From: Porphyridium purpureum | Taxonomy: Eukaryota | Assembly (NCBI GenBank): GCA_008690995.1 | Contig: VRMN01000004.1 | Coordinates: 1,488,001-1,552,000, forward strand | Direction of reading: 5' to 3' | DNA length: 64,000 nucleotides | In this document: positions 10,434 to 23,574 of the stretch, piece after piece | Numbering within the stretch: the stretch's first letter is position 1 | Layout of the letters: each line of letters begins with the position of its first letter | The notes under the pieces: generated by a model | The model's database searches: none | What the model was told of the DNA's origin: nothing | Seen by the model: only the letters and a program-made list of their open reading frames with translations | Translations under genes and position numbers: made by a program

Positions 10434-11678
10434 ATGGACGGTTCCGGTGGGCAGCGTGTCATCGGAGATCGTGATGGTGAAGCCTCCATAGACTCACCTG
10501 CGCTAAAATTCGAGCTGGTCGCGCAATGCAGCGTGACGCGCGCGCGCGCGACGGTGCTGCATTTGCCGCATCACGGCGCCGAGACCCCGATGTTTATGCC
10601 AGTCGGCACGCAAGGCAGTGTGAAAGGGTTGAGCGCGCGGCAGCTGCTTGAGGATGCAAACGTGCAGGTACTATTGGGAAACACATACCATCTTGCGCTG
10701 CGACCGGGCGGCGACGCCATGGACGCGTTAGGTGGGATCCACGAGTTTACCCAGTGGCCACGTGGCGTGTTGACGGACTCTGGCGGGTTCCAAATGGTGT
10801 CCCTGCTGCAATTTGCGCAGATCACAGAAGAAGGCGTGCATTTTCAGAGCCCAGTGGATGGCACGCAGATGCTGCTCACACCCGAGCGTAGCATCCATAT
10901 CCAGAACCAGATCGGCGCAGACATTATTATGGCGCTGGACGACGTGGTGAGCTCCACGACCACTGGCCCGCGCGTGGAGGAGGCCATGCATCGCACCATC
11001 CGCTGGATCGACCGTTGCATCGCTGCGCATGCGAAAAAGCACTGCCAGAATTTGTTCGGCATCGTGCAAGGTGGGCTCGACCTGGAAATGCGCAAGTGGT
11101 GCTTGGACGAGCTCTCGCGCCGAAATCTGCCGGGCTACGCCATCGGGGGATTGTCCGGCGGCGAGGAAAAGGACAAATTCTGGCGTGTCGTAGCCTTCTG
11201 CACGCAGCGTCTACCATACGACAAGCCCCGCTATTGCATGGGCGTGGGGTATCCTATCGATCTGGTCGTGTGCGTGGCACTCGGCGTCGACATGTTTGAC
11301 TGCGTCTACCCTTCGCGTACCGCGCGGTTTGGGACCGCGCTGGTTTCTACGGGCCTTTTAAAAATTCGAGCCAAGAGTATGGAGACTGACCCACGTCCAA
11401 TTGACCAGGAGTGCAGCTGTCCGGTGTGTGCCAAATATTCCCGCGCGTACCTTCACGCGCTCACCCCCAAGGATGGCACGGTAGCTGCGCAGCTGATCAC
11501 TTTGCACAATATTTGTTACATGACGCAGCTTATGCGCAGCGCACGGCAAGCCATCATTCTTGACAAGTTTCCTCAGTTTGTGCGCGACTTTATGCTCAAG
11601 CAGTACCCCAGACGGAATTATCCGGCTTGGGCCGTGGAGGCACTCGAGAGCGTGGGGGTCAGGCTCGACCCTAGTTAG
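10434..11678 (+). CDS. QTRT1: Queuine tRNA-ribosyltransferase catalytic subunit
   Basis: [44 protein letters not shown], and Zn ligands CSCPVC...HN. Confidence 0.96.
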   Translation: MDGSGGQRVIGDRDGEASIDSPALKFELVAQCSVTRARATVLHLPHHGAETPMFMPVGTQGSVKGLSARQLLEDANVQVLLGNTYHLALRPGGDAMDALGGIHEFTQWPRGVLTDSGGFQMVSLLQFAQITEEGVHFQSPVDGTQMLLTPERSIHIQNQIGADIIMALDDVVSSTTTGPRVEEAMHRTIRWIDRCIAAHAKKHCQNLFGIVQGGLDLEMRKWCLDELSRRNLPGYAIGGLSGGEEKDKFWRVVAFCTQRLPYDKPRYCMGVGYPIDLVVCVALGVDMFDCVYPSRTARFGTALVSTGLLKIRAKSMETDPRPIDQECSCPVCAKYSRAYLHALTPKDGTVAAQLITLHNICYMTQLMRSARQAIILDKFPQFVRDFMLKQYPRRNYPAWAVEALESVGVRLDPS

Positions 11679-12421
11679 TGCTGCGCACTGGCTGAGTCAT
11701 GAAACCAGCTGCGCACAGCAAGTACGAAAGGCACGTGCCATGAATCTGCGCTCCGTGATGTGTCTGATACCGCGCAAAGTCAGGGACCCAGCTCGGCGGA
11801 AACGTTTTGGCAAAAGGCGAAGCGCTCGATGAGTGGAAGGTTCTTGCTGCTTGCTGGGTCCATTTGTGATCAGATGTAGGTCCGGCGTAAGCACATGTCG
11901 CGTTTTTCACGTGGCATACCCATTTATGGTCGCAGAGATGACGCATTCTATGGGCGCGAGGCGTGGAAAACCACATGTGCCACCCAAAGCATCCTCCTCA
12001 TCAGGTAATAGATAGGAGCGGATCCGGATCCGCGAGGCACATGGTGTTGACAAATCCTGGGGGGCTTGGTAAAGGCATCGAAGCATGCGTGAGCGAGTGT
12101 AAGAATTTGTTTTGCTTTCAGAAAGAAAAACGGGACGGAAGGGAATCGATCAGAAAACGTCGCCGGGCCTGGTTAGACGACGGCCAGGTCGACTCTGTTG
12201 CTCACATCCTCACTCGTCATGATGCATTCACGTAAATATATTAAGGACAATAATAATAATAACGATAAAGTCAAAATATTCAGTCAACAAGCGATGCGGA
12301 GCGCTATCCCTGTTCGGCACGAGCGCTCTGACAAGACCGGCCACCATGGACCCCGAAAAATAAAATAAACGCTGGTCAAAATGAAACAAGGGCTGTCCAT
12401 CCGATGCGATGGCTCTTCCGT

Positions 12422-13192
12422 TCATTCGATCATGCGCGCGGCATTCAACAACACACCAAAGTGGTGCGCTGCCAATACTTTTTCTCTGAGCGATTCTCTT
12501 TGATACTCCGTAGCTCTCTCCATATCCAAGTCGCAGTAGGTGTCTCCGTCTTCAGGCGACTTGATCTCGATCAGTGCTGGCGAGCCATCGTCGTCATCAT
12601 CTGTGTAAAAATAAATCATGGACCAATCGAGTCCTGACGCGTCATCCTGTGCTGTCTGCTGCTTGGCGTGCACCATCGCGTTCAGGCGGCTGCTGCGATG
12701 CTGCGTCGCTGGTTTGTATGGCTTGGATACGCCACCGCCCGCTGGCTTGGCGAGACGCGCGGTCTGAGCCGCGTCTTTCTTCATCATCGCATCGTGCTGG
12801 TGCTGGCGCTGGCGGAGCGCGGCGTCAGTCTGCGTATCGTTTTGTTGGAGCTCTTCCTCATGCAATGGCCTGGATCCCACGACCTGCAACGTTGACAAGG
12901 AAGGCGCTTGTGGTTGCGCGCGGCCTTGCAGTTGGCCCGTGTGTGGCTCGCGCTGCGGCGCGGGTGGAGCGTGAAAGCCGTCCTTGCTAGTGAGCTTACC
13001 CTTTCGCCAGCGAACGCCGCACGCGTTGCACAATGTCTTTGGGCCATCCGGGCCGGCGCGCCACAGCGGTGTCTCGCGTGCCGAGCAGTACGTGCACTCG
13101 CGTACCGCCGCATGGCCAGCAGCCGCCACTGGAACCGCGCGATTCACCGCGCCTACAGTGCGGCCCGGCGCCGGCGCGCTTTGTCCTGCCAT
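12422..13192 (-). CDS. GATA-type zinc-finger transcription factor
   Basis: [27 protein letters not shown] = C-x2-C-x18-C-x2-C GATA finger. Confidence 0.93.
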   Translation of the reverse strand: MAGQSAPAPGRTVGAVNRAVPVAAAGHAAVRECTYCSARETPLWRAGPDGPKTLCNACGVRWRKGKLTSKDGFHAPPAPQREPHTGQLQGRAQPQAPSLSTLQVVGSRPLHEEELQQNDTQTDAALRQRQHQHDAMMKKDAAQTARLAKPAGGGVSKPYKPATQHRSSRLNAMVHAKQQTAQDDASGLDWSMIYFYTDDDDDGSPALIEIKSPEDGDTYCDLDMERATEYQRESLREKVLAAHHFGVLLNAARMIE

Positions 13193-15947
13193 GACCTGAC
13201 CTGCCAGAAAGAACTAGATGCCCAGCCACGTGGCCCCTTCCTGCGCGACTTTCAAGCCGCCAAGCTCACCAAAATGCTGCTCCCTGGAGCCGCCGCCCTC
13301 GCTCAGGCAACGACCCCCTTCCGATCCCTGTCGGCTAGGTCCTCGCCTATCCTGCACACCCACGCCACCACTCTCCAACCTTGCACGTCGTCGTGATCAC
13401 TAGCTGCTTGACAAACGTTCACCACCGACGCTCACATGTCATTTTCGAATTCCGCGCACACCAATTATTGAACGTGCGACCGGCCTTCCCTTTCCTGCGT
13501 CCTCTCTCCTTATAAACAAGTCCCCCCCCTCCAATCGCGGCTCCCAATTTCTCGCTCGAGCTCGCTGCTTTTTATCTATCAACCGAGCACGTGTCGCTTC
13601 CAGTTACACGCCCATAAACCATGCGTTCCATTCCATTCCATTCCACACACACATCGCCCACATTGCAACTTTCCGTAACAATTACAACTGGGCTGTCCCT
13701 CAATTAAAACCTGGCGTGCACTGCGCTTACTAGGTGACTCTCCTCGTCAGTCCGTCCGAGTCGTTCTTTCCATGTAAACGAGTCCTTTTGATCATAAAAA
13801 TACCTCCCGCCACGCCGCTTTTCTACTTTCTCCTCTCTCGGCCGAGTGTCTGGGTGACGGAAAAATGAGCCGCAGCTTACTGGGAAACGCGCTGACCCAG
13901 TGGCGACATGCGGAGGGGTGTGACCGTCATGTTTCGAAAAAGACAACGACAAGTGATGTGTTCTTGCATGGCTGTCAAGTAAGGACACATACAGGAGGTA
14001 CAGTTTGCGCTGTACAGTGTGTGTGTGTGTGTGTGTTCTGTGCGTGTGCGTTGGGAAAGAGGTGGGATGTGTGTTTGGGGTGTGGTTGATGGTCTGGCGA
14101 TGCAGGACGCTGCCGCGGCGTATAGTACCGTGCTTGCAGATGATGAGCGCTATTCGATAGCATTGGTGGTGCTGCATCGTGCGTGAACAAGCATCGGCCT
14201 ATCGTTTACACTGTAGGTGCCGGTCTGGTGTGCTTTGGGCAATGAGATGGTCGGTTTGTGCACTGCCGTGGCTGGCGATGCGCAGCAGCTCGCTGCCATG
14301 TGTCTTTGGCTCCGCAGCGTTTGATGATGGATAGGAGTTGGATTTCACACCTCCAGGTGCAGGGTAGGCTTGAATATGAGGCGTGATACAGCTGGGTTCG
14401 GATCAAGAAGCAGGGCCTGCCCGAACGGGAACTGCGGTCTCCAAACTCCGTGAAGGGATTTGTCGCGTTCGAGTAGCTCTACTCGAGACCGCAGATGCTG
14501 CGTGCAGCTTTCGCTTCACCTTCAGTGCTCCCCTTTTTTTCTTTCTTCCTCCACACGATCGCCACTGTGCCACAAGCCCTGCCTTTTAATTTGTGTACGA
14601 TTGGCAGATTTCGATCGCGTCGCATCACGCACACATGCGCAAGTCAGACTTTTCTTCCTCGGCACACGCACGTACACAGACCGACGTGATCATGCCCAAA
14701 CCTTTTGAACACGCGTCGTCTCGGTCGCATCTTGCCGGCACGTCGGTGCTCCAGAAACACAGCGCATAATGTGCTGGCATGGTCAAGTGTCGAAATGCAT
14801 CCTGGTCGAAGGTCTAGTACTACACCTCGTTGGCCTATGACAAAGCCGTTGCAGGCACTCTTGCAAGCACTGGACTCTCGTTTGCAGCTCGCCACATTTA
14901 TAGCATGATCTACGAACAAACATGCCGAGATGTGGAAGCGTGAGTCAAAGGTATGCCCTCAAGTGCTCAAGGAGCTCTTTCGAGCCAACGCTCTTGAGAT
15001 GCAGACCCAAAGCCATCCGCGGACAATTGCAGCATCTGCAGTCGTAGGGTTTTCACCAATTCACTAAACTCTTGTTGTGTGACCCTACAAATCGGCCGCC
15101 ATCAAGCGCCACGGCCTCATCCGTGTGCCGTGGGGCGGAACTTTCGATGCAACCTTGTGCAGTTTGTTTGAAGGTGGCGGGAGCACAACACTACCATGAC
15201 AAAGTGAGAACACGAGCACAGCTTGCCTGAAAAACAAGAGGTTGTGCGCTCCTCGCGAACTCTACTCCACCATCATCCACAACGCTGCTCTGCCACGCGC
15301 TCCACATCCTCCACGCCTCGCACGAGCGCACATCTTCCACGTCCAAACCGCTGCGCAGCCTTCACCCATCCACGACACCGGCACATCCATCACATGCCGG
15401 AATGCAATGTCAATTTGCCTCGGGTCGCATCAGCTCTGCCCCTGACAGCCCTATGGCCATCACAGCCGTTTGTCATCTTCCATCATCGATCCAAACGACG
15501 AGCCGCACACGGCGTCTGCTATGGCGTTCTGTAAACTGGATTCCCATCCGCACCACCACGTAGCTGTACTACGTCTCCTCCTCACACTGTACCGTTGTCG
15601 TGCGCGTGTGCCGCTTGGCCGTGAGCTCGCGCAGTGACGACGGTTTCATTTTCGTGCCGGCGGGGGCCGGGGGCCCAATCTCGAACCGCAGTCACTGGCG
15701 GCGTCCGAGCTCTGTGGGGGGTGTTTGTTTTGATATAATGCACACAGAGTGAGACGGCGTTAGGGTTTTTTGCACGAATGAATCGCGCAGTGCTGGGTGT
15801 TATCGTTTTTGTGGAGGCAGCAACAACAGAAGTCGTAGTAAAAGTGGTAGGAGGAGTGCGGTTGAATGGCGCGTGTGCCGAGTTGTTTGTTTGTTTTCTT
15901 TTACGTGGTGGCAGCTGGCTAGGAGGGAGGGGAGTGGTGCGTGGCGG

Positions 15948-15953
15948 TATAAA
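15948..15953 (+). promoter_or_regulatory. Candidate TATA box upstream of GLDP
   Basis: TATAAA about 200 bp upstream of ATG 16149 in otherwise GC-rich DNA. Confidence 0.4.
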
Positions 15954-16148
15954 GACGTACGGTTGGGTGAATCGTGACTGAGCGACAGGACGTGCTACAG
16001 CTGGTGGTGGTGGGCAGGCCGTGGGTACAAAGAGCAGACGCGGCGGCCAGGTGTAGAGCGAGGCCGGAGGGTTTGGCGCGCGTGGCTCGCCGCAACAGGT
16101 GTGACTCAAGGGACAGTTGGAAGGATAAGAGATTAGTGTGTGCCGAGG

Positions 16149-19100
16149 ATGGCGGCGCGACTGGGATTGAGGCGCGTCGCGCAGTCGGTTCACGGATGGA
16201 CGTGGCGTGCGCCGGCGCTGGGGCACACGCTGGGCCTGTCGGGCTCGGGCGGCAGCAGCAGTTTCGCGGCGGCGTCGATGGCGGGCGGCAGGACAGTCGT
16301 GCGCATGTCGTTTGCGACCGCGGCGTCGGAAAAGGTGTTTGCGCGCACAGACGATTTTGCGAGGCGGCACAACGGATCGTCCACCAAGAATGCGGTGGAC
16401 GATATGCTCCGCACCGTCGGTGTGAGCTCGTTCGACCAGCTGATCGACGAAACCGTGCCCGCAGCGATCCGCATTCATCGCTCGCTGGGCGTGGGCAAGG
16501 CGCTTTCAGAGAGCGAGGCGCTCGAGAAGCTCGAGTCGATCATGAAGAAGAACTCGCTCCTGCAGAATCACATCGGAATGGGCTACTACGGCACGCGCGT
16601 GCCCACGACGATCCTGCGCAACATCCTCGAGAACCCGGGTTGGTACACACAATATACGCCGTACCAGGCCGAGTCCGCACAGGGCCGCCTCGAATCGCTG
16701 CTAAACTTCCAGACCATGGTGTGCGATCTGACTGGCATGCCCATCGCCAACGCGTCGCTGCTCGATGAGGCCACTGCAGCGGCGGAGGCCATGTCCATGT
16801 CATTCGATGCGTCACGTGGCAAGAAGAAAAAGTTCCTGGTGTCTGACGACGTCCATCCGCAGTCGCTGGCCGTGATCAAGACGCGTGCCGAAGGCTTTGG
16901 CGTGGAGGTCATTTCACTGCACCATTCTCAGTTTGACTACTCTGGCAACGACGTGTGCGGTGTGATGATGCAGTACCCGGCCACCGACGGTACCGTGCAA
17001 GACTTTTCAGAGCAGATCAAGGCGGCGCACGCTGGTGGCGCCAAGGTGGTGATGGCCAGCGACTTGCTGGCGCTGACGCTGCTCAAGCCACCGGGCGAGC
17101 TCGGTGCAGACTTTGTGCTCGGCTCGGCGCAGCGCTTTGGAGTGCCCTTGGGTTATGGCGGTCCGCACGCCGCGTTCTTTGCGACACGAGATGAGTTCAA
17201 GCGGCTGATGCCCGGGCGCATCATTGGTATCAGCCGCGACGCGGCGGGCAAGCCGGCGCTGCGCATGGCCCTGCAGACTCGCGAGCAGCACATTCGCCGA
17301 GACAAGGCCACTTCTAACATTTGCACGGCGCAGGCGCTGCTTGCCAACATGGCCGCTATGTACGGTGTGTACCACGGCCCGGAGGGACTCAAGAAGATTG
17401 CGACGCGCACTCACCAGCTGGCAGCGTTGTTCGGCAAGGCCGCAAGCGAGATGGGATACAAGGTTAGTGCCGAGGCGTTTTTCGACACCGTGAAGATTGA
17501 CTGCGGCTCAAGCACGGAAGCAGGCAAGCTGGTGGCCAAGTGCGTGGAACACGGAATCAACGTTCGGCCTTACGGGCAGCATGTGACGGTAGCGTTTGAC
17601 GAGACGCACACGAAGGAGCAGATGGCGAAGCTCGTTGGAGCTTTCGCAGCCGCCGCAGGCAAGTCGGCGCCATCGCTGGATGAGTTGGCCGAATCGGTCG
17701 TTGACATGGTACCGTTTGCGTCTTCTGCATTTCAGCGCACTTCAACGTTCATGACCCACCGTGTGTTCAACTCTTACCACACGGAGCACGAGCTGCTGCG
17801 CTACCTGAAGCGTCTGGAGAACCGAGACATATCCCTCGTACACTCAATGATTCCGTTGGGCTCGTGCACGATGAAGCTCAACTCGACGAGCGAGATGATT
17901 CCGGTCACGTGGCCCGAGGTGTGCATGCCGCACCCATTCACCCCTCCGGAGCAGCTGCCAGGCTATGCCGAGTTCTTTGCTGACTTGGAGAAGGACCTTG
18001 CCGACATCACTGGCTTCCACACTGTATCGCTGCAGCCCAACTCTGGCGCACAGGGCGAGTACACTGGGCTCAGCGTAATCAAGAAGTATCACCAGAGCCG
18101 CGGAGAAGGGCACCGAAATATCTGCATCATTCCGACGTCGGCGCACGGCACAAACCCAGCGACGGCGGCCATGCTTGGCATGAAGATTGTACCAGTTGGG
18201 TGCGACAAGGTGGGCAACATTGATGTGCGTGAGCTGCGCGACAAGGCTGAGAAGCACAAGAATGAGCTTGCCGCGTTGATGGTGACGTACCCATCGACGC
18301 ACGGTGTGTTTGAAGAGTCTATCAAGGACGTGTGCCAAATCATCCACGACAATGGCGGCCAGGTGTACATGGATGGCGCCAATATGAATGCGCAGGTGGG
18401 GCTGTGCTCGCCGGGCGAGATTGGCGCAGACGTGTGCCACCTGAACTTGCACAAGACGTTCTGCATTCCGCACGGTGGTGGTGGACCGGGCATGGGCCCA
18501 ATTGGTGTTGCGAAGCAGCTGGCGCCCTTCCTGCCTTCGCACCCGGTCGTCCCAGTGGTGAACTCGACGGCCGAATCCGCGATTGGGCCGGTCTCTGCCG
18601 CGCCCTACGGCTCGTCCGCCATCCTGCCGATTTCTTGGATGTACATCAAAATGATGGGCAGCGAGGGGCTAAAGGAGGCGACAGAGTACGCGATTTTGAA
18701 TGCAAACTATATGGCGAAGCGACTGGAAGGTGCATACCCGGTTCTGTACAAGGGCGCGAAGGGCCGCTCGGCGCACGAATTTATCATTGACCTGCGCCCG
18801 CTCAAGGAGAAGACTGGCATTACAGAGACGGACGTGGCGAAGCGCATGCAAGACTATGGCTTCCACGCGCCGACCATGTCGTGGCCGGTGTCTGGCACGT
18901 TGATGATTGAGCCGACAGAGTCGGAAAGCAAAGAGGAGCTGGACCGGCTGTGCGATACGCTGCTGATGATCCGCGAGGAGATCCGAGCGGTGGAGGACGG
19001 GCGCATGGACCCGGTGAACAACCCGCTGAAGCACGCGCCGCACACACAATCGGTGGTGTTCAGCGCGGACTGGCACAAGGAGCGCGCGTACTCGCAAGAG

Positions 19101-19250
19101 CTTGCGGCGTACCCTGCGTCATGGACGAAGCAGAGCAAGTTCTGGCCGACGACGTCGCGCGTGGACGACGTGTACGGCGACCGCAACCTATGCGCGTGCC
19201 TGGGCATGGACCACTATGTGGAGGAAGAGGCCAAGGCGGCTGCCGCGTAA
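16149..19250 (+). CDS. GLDP: Glycine decarboxylase P-protein, mitochondrial
   Basis: [50 protein letters not shown] (PLP Lys); Arg-rich presequence. Confidence 0.98.
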   Translation: MAARLGLRRVAQSVHGWTWRAPALGHTLGLSGSGGSSSFAAASMAGGRTVVRMSFATAASEKVFARTDDFARRHNGSSTKNAVDDMLRTVGVSSFDQLIDETVPAAIRIHRSLGVGKALSESEALEKLESIMKKNSLLQNHIGMGYYGTRVPTTILRNILENPGWYTQYTPYQAESAQGRLESLLNFQTMVCDLTGMPIANASLLDEATAAAEAMSMSFDASRGKKKKFLVSDDVHPQSLAVIKTRAEGFGVEVISLHHSQFDYSGNDVCGVMMQYPATDGTVQDFSEQIKAAHAGGAKVVMASDLLALTLLKPPGELGADFVLGSAQRFGVPLGYGGPHAAFFATRDEFKRLMPGRIIGISRDAAGKPALRMALQTREQHIRRDKATSNICTAQALLANMAAMYGVYHGPEGLKKIATRTHQLAALFGKAASEMGYKVSAEAFFDTVKIDCGSSTEAGKLVAKCVEHGINVRPYGQHVTVAFDETHTKEQMAKLVGAFAAAAGKSAPSLDELAESVVDMVPFASSAFQRTSTFMTHRVFNSYHTEHELLRYLKRLENRDISLVHSMIPLGSCTMKLNSTSEMIPVTWPEVCMPHPFTPPEQLPGYAEFFADLEKDLADITGFHTVSLQPNSGAQGEYTGLSVIKKYHQSRGEGHRNICIIPTSAHGTNPATAAMLGMKIVPVGCDKVGNIDVRELRDKAEKHKNELAALMVTYPSTHGVFEESIKDVCQIIHDNGGQVYMDGANMNAQVGLCSPGEIGADVCHLNLHKTFCIPHGGGGPGMGPIGVAKQLAPFLPSHPVVPVVNSTAESAIGPVSAAPYGSSAILPISWMYIKMMGSEGLKEATEYAILNANYMAKRLEGAYPVLYKGAKGRSAHEFIIDLRPLKEKTGITETDVAKRMQDYGFHAPTMSWPVSGTLMIEPTESESKEELDRLCDTLLMIREEIRAVEDGRMDPVNNPLKHAPHTQSVVFSADWHKERAYSQELAAYPASWTKQSKFWPTTSRVDDVYGDRNLCACLGMDHYVEEEAKAAAA

Positions 19251-20431
19251 GAAAAAACCCCCCAACTGTCATATAAACCGCGCTTTCCCTGTTGAACGCT
19301 CCATGGCTCACCCGCGCGCCCCACTGTACCGCAAGATGCCAAAGCAATGCCGCATTTCTGCTCGCCCCCGCGATCGATCGCCGTCGCCGCTCGGCTGCCA
19401 AACTCCGCAGCAGTACCCCCATGCTTCTTTTGTACAGTACGGCGGCACGCCCATGAACAAGCTCCTTTTCATTTCCATGCAACCAGCCCAAACCGGCGCG
19501 GCACGGCAAAAGGCGCGCGGCACACGTGTGTGTGTGTGGGAATAAGAAGCGTGGAGGCTGTAAAAAAGACAAGCGCACCGCCATGAAAATCACATCGTGA
19601 AGTGGCAGCAGCAAGGCAGCCATTACCAGACGCAAACACCAAACAGCAGTGGCAGCACAGGATGGACCACGCGGACCGAACGCCATTCCTGCCGTGTAGG
19701 CGCTCGGCATCGATCGATCGATCATCAAGAGTGGAGCCACACCCATTTCCGCACCGCAGTCACACACACACACACCGAGTTGCTTTCTTGGTCGGGTTAG
19801 CGATTCGTACGCGGGGTTGCCATAGCTGTAGGGTTGGTGTGAGACAGGAGTCGAACGTCGTGGTGGTGGTGATGGCAGAACAGATGAGAACGTAACCATT
19901 TTGTGATTTGCGTGCGAGTTGTTAAGGGTGGGGGTTTGTGGAGGGACGGACTGGTTTATTTTGGATCATGCGGTTTGGTTTTAGATGGGGGAAGTATGGG
20001 TGGAGGTTCATAATGTTGGCGTGTGTTTGTGCGTGGTGGAGGGATGAGGCGAGAAGAGGAGAGGGGAAGACGTGGGGAGAAAGTGGAAGAGAGTGGCGGT
20101 TCATGCGCAGTGGTGACGTGCCGGGTTGAGTTTGACGACGGTGTATACGTGTGTGTGTGTGTGTGTATGGTGCGGAATTGGTAGGAGAGTGGATTGCGCG
20201 GCGTTGGGGAGTAGTGTGGGTTCTGTGGGTTGAGTGCGAAGCGCCGTGGACGTGCGTTGGGTTGGGCCTCTCGCGCGCGCTTCCAGCGGGGGTTGGATGG
20301 TTTGCGGAGAAGTGGGGGCGTGCGGCAGCGACGCGGCGTGGCGCGCTGGATTTTGACGGCCAGAGTGACGCGCGGTGGAGAGGAAAGGGCGACAGACCGC
20401 CGCGCGCAAGAGGAGCAGACCGCCGCGTGCA

Positions 20432-22309
20432 ATGCAACACGCGAACGATGGACACATCCTCGCATCGCAGGATGGCTTGAGAAGAGAAGGCGCAGGAACG
20501 GCGGGGATGGACAAGCATGGAGGCGGCGAGAGCAGCAGGCCACCGGCAAGGGGCAGTGCTCAACGGCGTGAGAGCCTAGATAGGCAGGATGCACAAGGTG
20601 GTGACGCTGCGCCTCGTGATCACGTGGACACATCCGAGAGCGCCAGCGCTGGTCCTGGCCACCACCGAGACACAGAAAGCACTGCTTTACAACAGCGACA
20701 GCGACAGCAGCAGCAGCTCGAGCTCGACAACGGTGTGGCAGCGGCACACGTAGAGTCAAAGCAAACGTCCGCGCAGGAGCCGAGTGCGCATGACATGCCG
20801 CCACCGGCCAGTCGGGGAACACTTCACAGAAGCAAGGCCGAGCCAAAACACGCTCCAGGAGGGTCCCATGGGACAGGCGCTCTCGCAACCCATGCAGCTG
20901 CCGCCTCGAATCGGCGTCCTCGACCACTGGTGACTGCGCCAGACGACGAGCCACCGGCATCTCCATTGTTGCACGGTGTGGTGCTACCCGGTTCGGATAC
21001 AGAGGTCGAGACTGAGGACGAGTCGGATGAGTTTGGCGCAGCAGAAGAAGAGCAAGCGGACGCGAAGCTCGTGCGGTTCAGTCGGAGCCAGCCTCACACC
21101 CTACTGACGCCGAGCACGTCGTCCGCGGACCGATCAAAGCCGTCTGCTCCAACAGAGAACGAAAAAATCGTCAAATTGCGTGCATCGATTTTGGACACGG
21201 TTGTTTTGCAGCAGCAAAAGCGTATTACAGAACTGGAGGCGCGGCTCTCGCGCGCGCAGAAGCAGATTGCTAGGCTTCGTCAAGCGGCAAGCAACAATGC
21301 AAGTTTGGGCGCGGTCGCGGGCGTTTCAGGCGCTGCCAGTGACTTGAATCATTCCTCTCGTGTGCAGGATGCGTCAAATATGCACCGGTGCGGCGACGGC
21401 GATGGTGATGGTCTGCTCAAGACATCGCTGCTCTCGAACGCGCGGCTGTCGACCAGCTCGGCATCACACTCAAAGGTGAAGACGGTCAGCGCCTCTGACT
21501 CGGACAGTCAGCTGTGGGTTGGAAGCGAAGCGACAAAGATACCAAATGCACAGCACGATGTTAGTCTGGCGCCTCTGCACCGTCCGCACGCCGCATCTCC
21601 TAGACGGCCCGGCTCAGCGGCTGGTGCAGCGACTGGCGTAGCCGCCACGGTGGGTATGGCAGGCCCGCATGGTAAGACATTATCTGGGGGCTCTGCCACA
21701 GCGCGAAAGGGCTCCAAGAGCCGCGGCGCCGGAGCTGCAGAAGGCGCGCGCGTGGAAGGGACAACGCGATACTGGAGCAAGGCGGAGCACGAACGGTTTT
21801 TGCAAGGCGTCAGCCAATTCGGGTGGAAGAACTACGCCGCAATCAGTACCGTAGTGCGAACACGCAACGCACAGCAGGTGCGAACGCATGCGCAGAAGTA
21901 TGAAATGAGACTCGAGCGCGAACGCAAGCGTACGGATTCTGCCGCGGCCGGGCGCGATGAAGGCGGGGCAGATACATCCCAGTCCAAACGCGCAAAGATG
22001 CTCTCGAACGCCGTGGTCGGAGACGTGACCAAGCTGCCGAAACAGAGTGCACTTGGTTTCGACAGCAAGCGACCGGCGGATGAGCTAGTGCATCAACACC
22101 CAGTCGAGTATGGTCCGCTTGAAGAGACTGATGCGCACCCCGTCTCTGCGCTCGCGCATTCGAGCCTGGCACCGAGCCGCAACGAATCATTTGACCAGTT
22201 GCCGATGTGTTTCGACGAGCCGATCCATGCTGAGCAGGAGCGCATCGATCTGAACTGCCTCCACGTTCAACATGACCCGGACACGTCCTTCTTTGAAAAG
22301 GCGTCGTAG
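20432..22309 (+). CDS. Single-repeat MYB (SHAQKYF-class) transcription factor with coiled coil
   Basis: YWSKAEHERFLQGVSQFGWKNYAAISTVVRTRNAQQVRTHAQKY; coiled coil QQQKRITELEARLSRAQKQIARL. Confidence 0.9.
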   Translation: MQHANDGHILASQDGLRREGAGTAGMDKHGGGESSRPPARGSAQRRESLDRQDAQGGDAAPRDHVDTSESASAGPGHHRDTESTALQQRQRQQQQLELDNGVAAAHVESKQTSAQEPSAHDMPPPASRGTLHRSKAEPKHAPGGSHGTGALATHAAAASNRRPRPLVTAPDDEPPASPLLHGVVLPGSDTEVETEDESDEFGAAEEEQADAKLVRFSRSQPHTLLTPSTSSADRSKPSAPTENEKIVKLRASILDTVVLQQQKRITELEARLSRAQKQIARLRQAASNNASLGAVAGVSGAASDLNHSSRVQDASNMHRCGDGDGDGLLKTSLLSNARLSTSSASHSKVKTVSASDSDSQLWVGSEATKIPNAQHDVSLAPLHRPHAASPRRPGSAAGAATGVAATVGMAGPHGKTLSGGSATARKGSKSRGAGAAEGARVEGTTRYWSKAEHERFLQGVSQFGWKNYAAISTVVRTRNAQQVRTHAQKYEMRLERERKRTDSAAAGRDEGGADTSQSKRAKMLSNAVVGDVTKLPKQSALGFDSKRPADELVHQHPVEYGPLEETDAHPVSALAHSSLAPSRNESFDQLPMCFDEPIHAEQERIDLNCLHVQHDPDTSFFEKAS

Positions 22310-22483
22310 TGCTCGGAGAACGAACCAATAGTGTGGCGTTGCTGCGTGTTATATACCTAAATTAAAAGACTGGTTTCACCAAGCGTACACGTCTGGCTAG
22401 CTTCCATCGAAATCCTGGAGTAGACCTGATTCCCAGAAACGGCGGGAAGTATTTACTTGGCTCTTTCTTTTAATGTGCGACAT

Positions 22484-22765
22484 TCACCCAGAGCCGGCGC
22501 CGCTCCGCTGTGCTGACCTTTCAGCGGAAGTCGTATCCCCATCACTCGCCAAACTCTTCACACTAGCGGCCAGCTCCTCGCCCAACCCAACCCCGAGCTG
22601 CTGCTGCTGCTGTGCGGCCAAACTCGCCATGGCACGCCACACGCGCCGCAGCGCCTGCTCCTGCTTGTCCCTCGCACGCCTCTCCCTATCCAGCTCTAGC
22701 CTCACACATTCCAGCTCCTTCTCCAGCCGCGCAACCCGCCCGTCAGTGCCAGCCTCCATGATCAT
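22484..22765 (-). CDS. Small coiled-coil hypothetical protein (about 93 aa)
   Basis: Heptad-like RVARLEKELECVRLELDRERRARDKQEQAL; purine-rich leader and the same upstream motifs as confirmed genes in the window. Confidence 0.5.
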   Translation of the reverse strand: MIMEAGTDGRVARLEKELECVRLELDRERRARDKQEQALRRVWRAMASLAAQQQQQLGVGLGEELAASVKSLASDGDTTSAERSAQRSGAGSG

Positions 22766-23574
22766 CCTCCCCCATCCCTCGTCTTCTCCCCTCCCTCCCT
22801 CCGCTCCTCCTCTCCCAGACTTCCCCTTTCTCTTCCCACATTCAAATTTTCAAACCGCCGAACCGTTTCCGTCTTTTTGAACCACACTGTACCCTGTCAA
22901 CTGTACCTCAGTTGAAAACGCATCATTTGCCAAAATCGATGGAGAAATTGGCAAATCGGTTTACGGCTTACCGGCTTAACGGCGCCGGATAGACCGGAAC
23001 CCGGAACGCGGCAACCGATAAGAAGGTTTGCTGGTCAACTCACATGTGCGACTGTGGGCGGCGTCAGTCGGAGCGTGGCAAGAAACAACCTGGAGAAAAA
23101 TCCGGGCGTTGGCTCACACAACAAAGACACACACACGGCACTAATGATGCCAAGCGCGTTCGTACCGAGAACCAGAGCAGAAGCTCGCGCGGTGGTTGGC
23201 TGGAAAAAGGGGGCGGCCGCTTCACCGCAGCCTCATCTACTGATTGATGAGGGTTGGCGGCTCACATCGACACGCCGCGAAATTCCCCAACGTCGCCTGT
23301 CGAGCTCAGTATACTTCACTCGTCCCAACCACTTGAACCGTTTAAAACCACTTGGACCGCTAGAGCCGCTTTTCATTTGAGTGAGACGCTGACGGTTTCG
23401 TGAAAACCCTAATGAAACCTGGCGGAGGGTGTACAGGTTGACATAGCAGGCGACGTGTGTTTTGCTATGAAACGCGCCATGGGCTTGCGGCTTCTTTGCG
23501 GTGGTGCGCGCTAGTGAAGGCGGCGTGAGCGCGAGAGAGAGAGAGAAAGCAAGTGGTTGGATGCATAGGGCAAG

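Noticed and set aside
14432..14495. tRNA-Trp-like CTCCAAA loop and GTTCGA
   Set aside because: Anticodon and T stems do not pair; no cloverleaf.
14385..14600. U1 snRNA (GATCAAGAAG resembles the U1-70K loop; AATTTGTG resembles an Sm site)
   Set aside because: No 5' ACTTACCTG, no ATTGCAC loop II, and the spacing is too long.
14705..15250. Stop-interrupted protein-like frame and two short hairpins (15044-15088, about 15108-15135)
   Set aside because: No recognisable family; stems are only about 7 bp and no H/ACA boxes were found.
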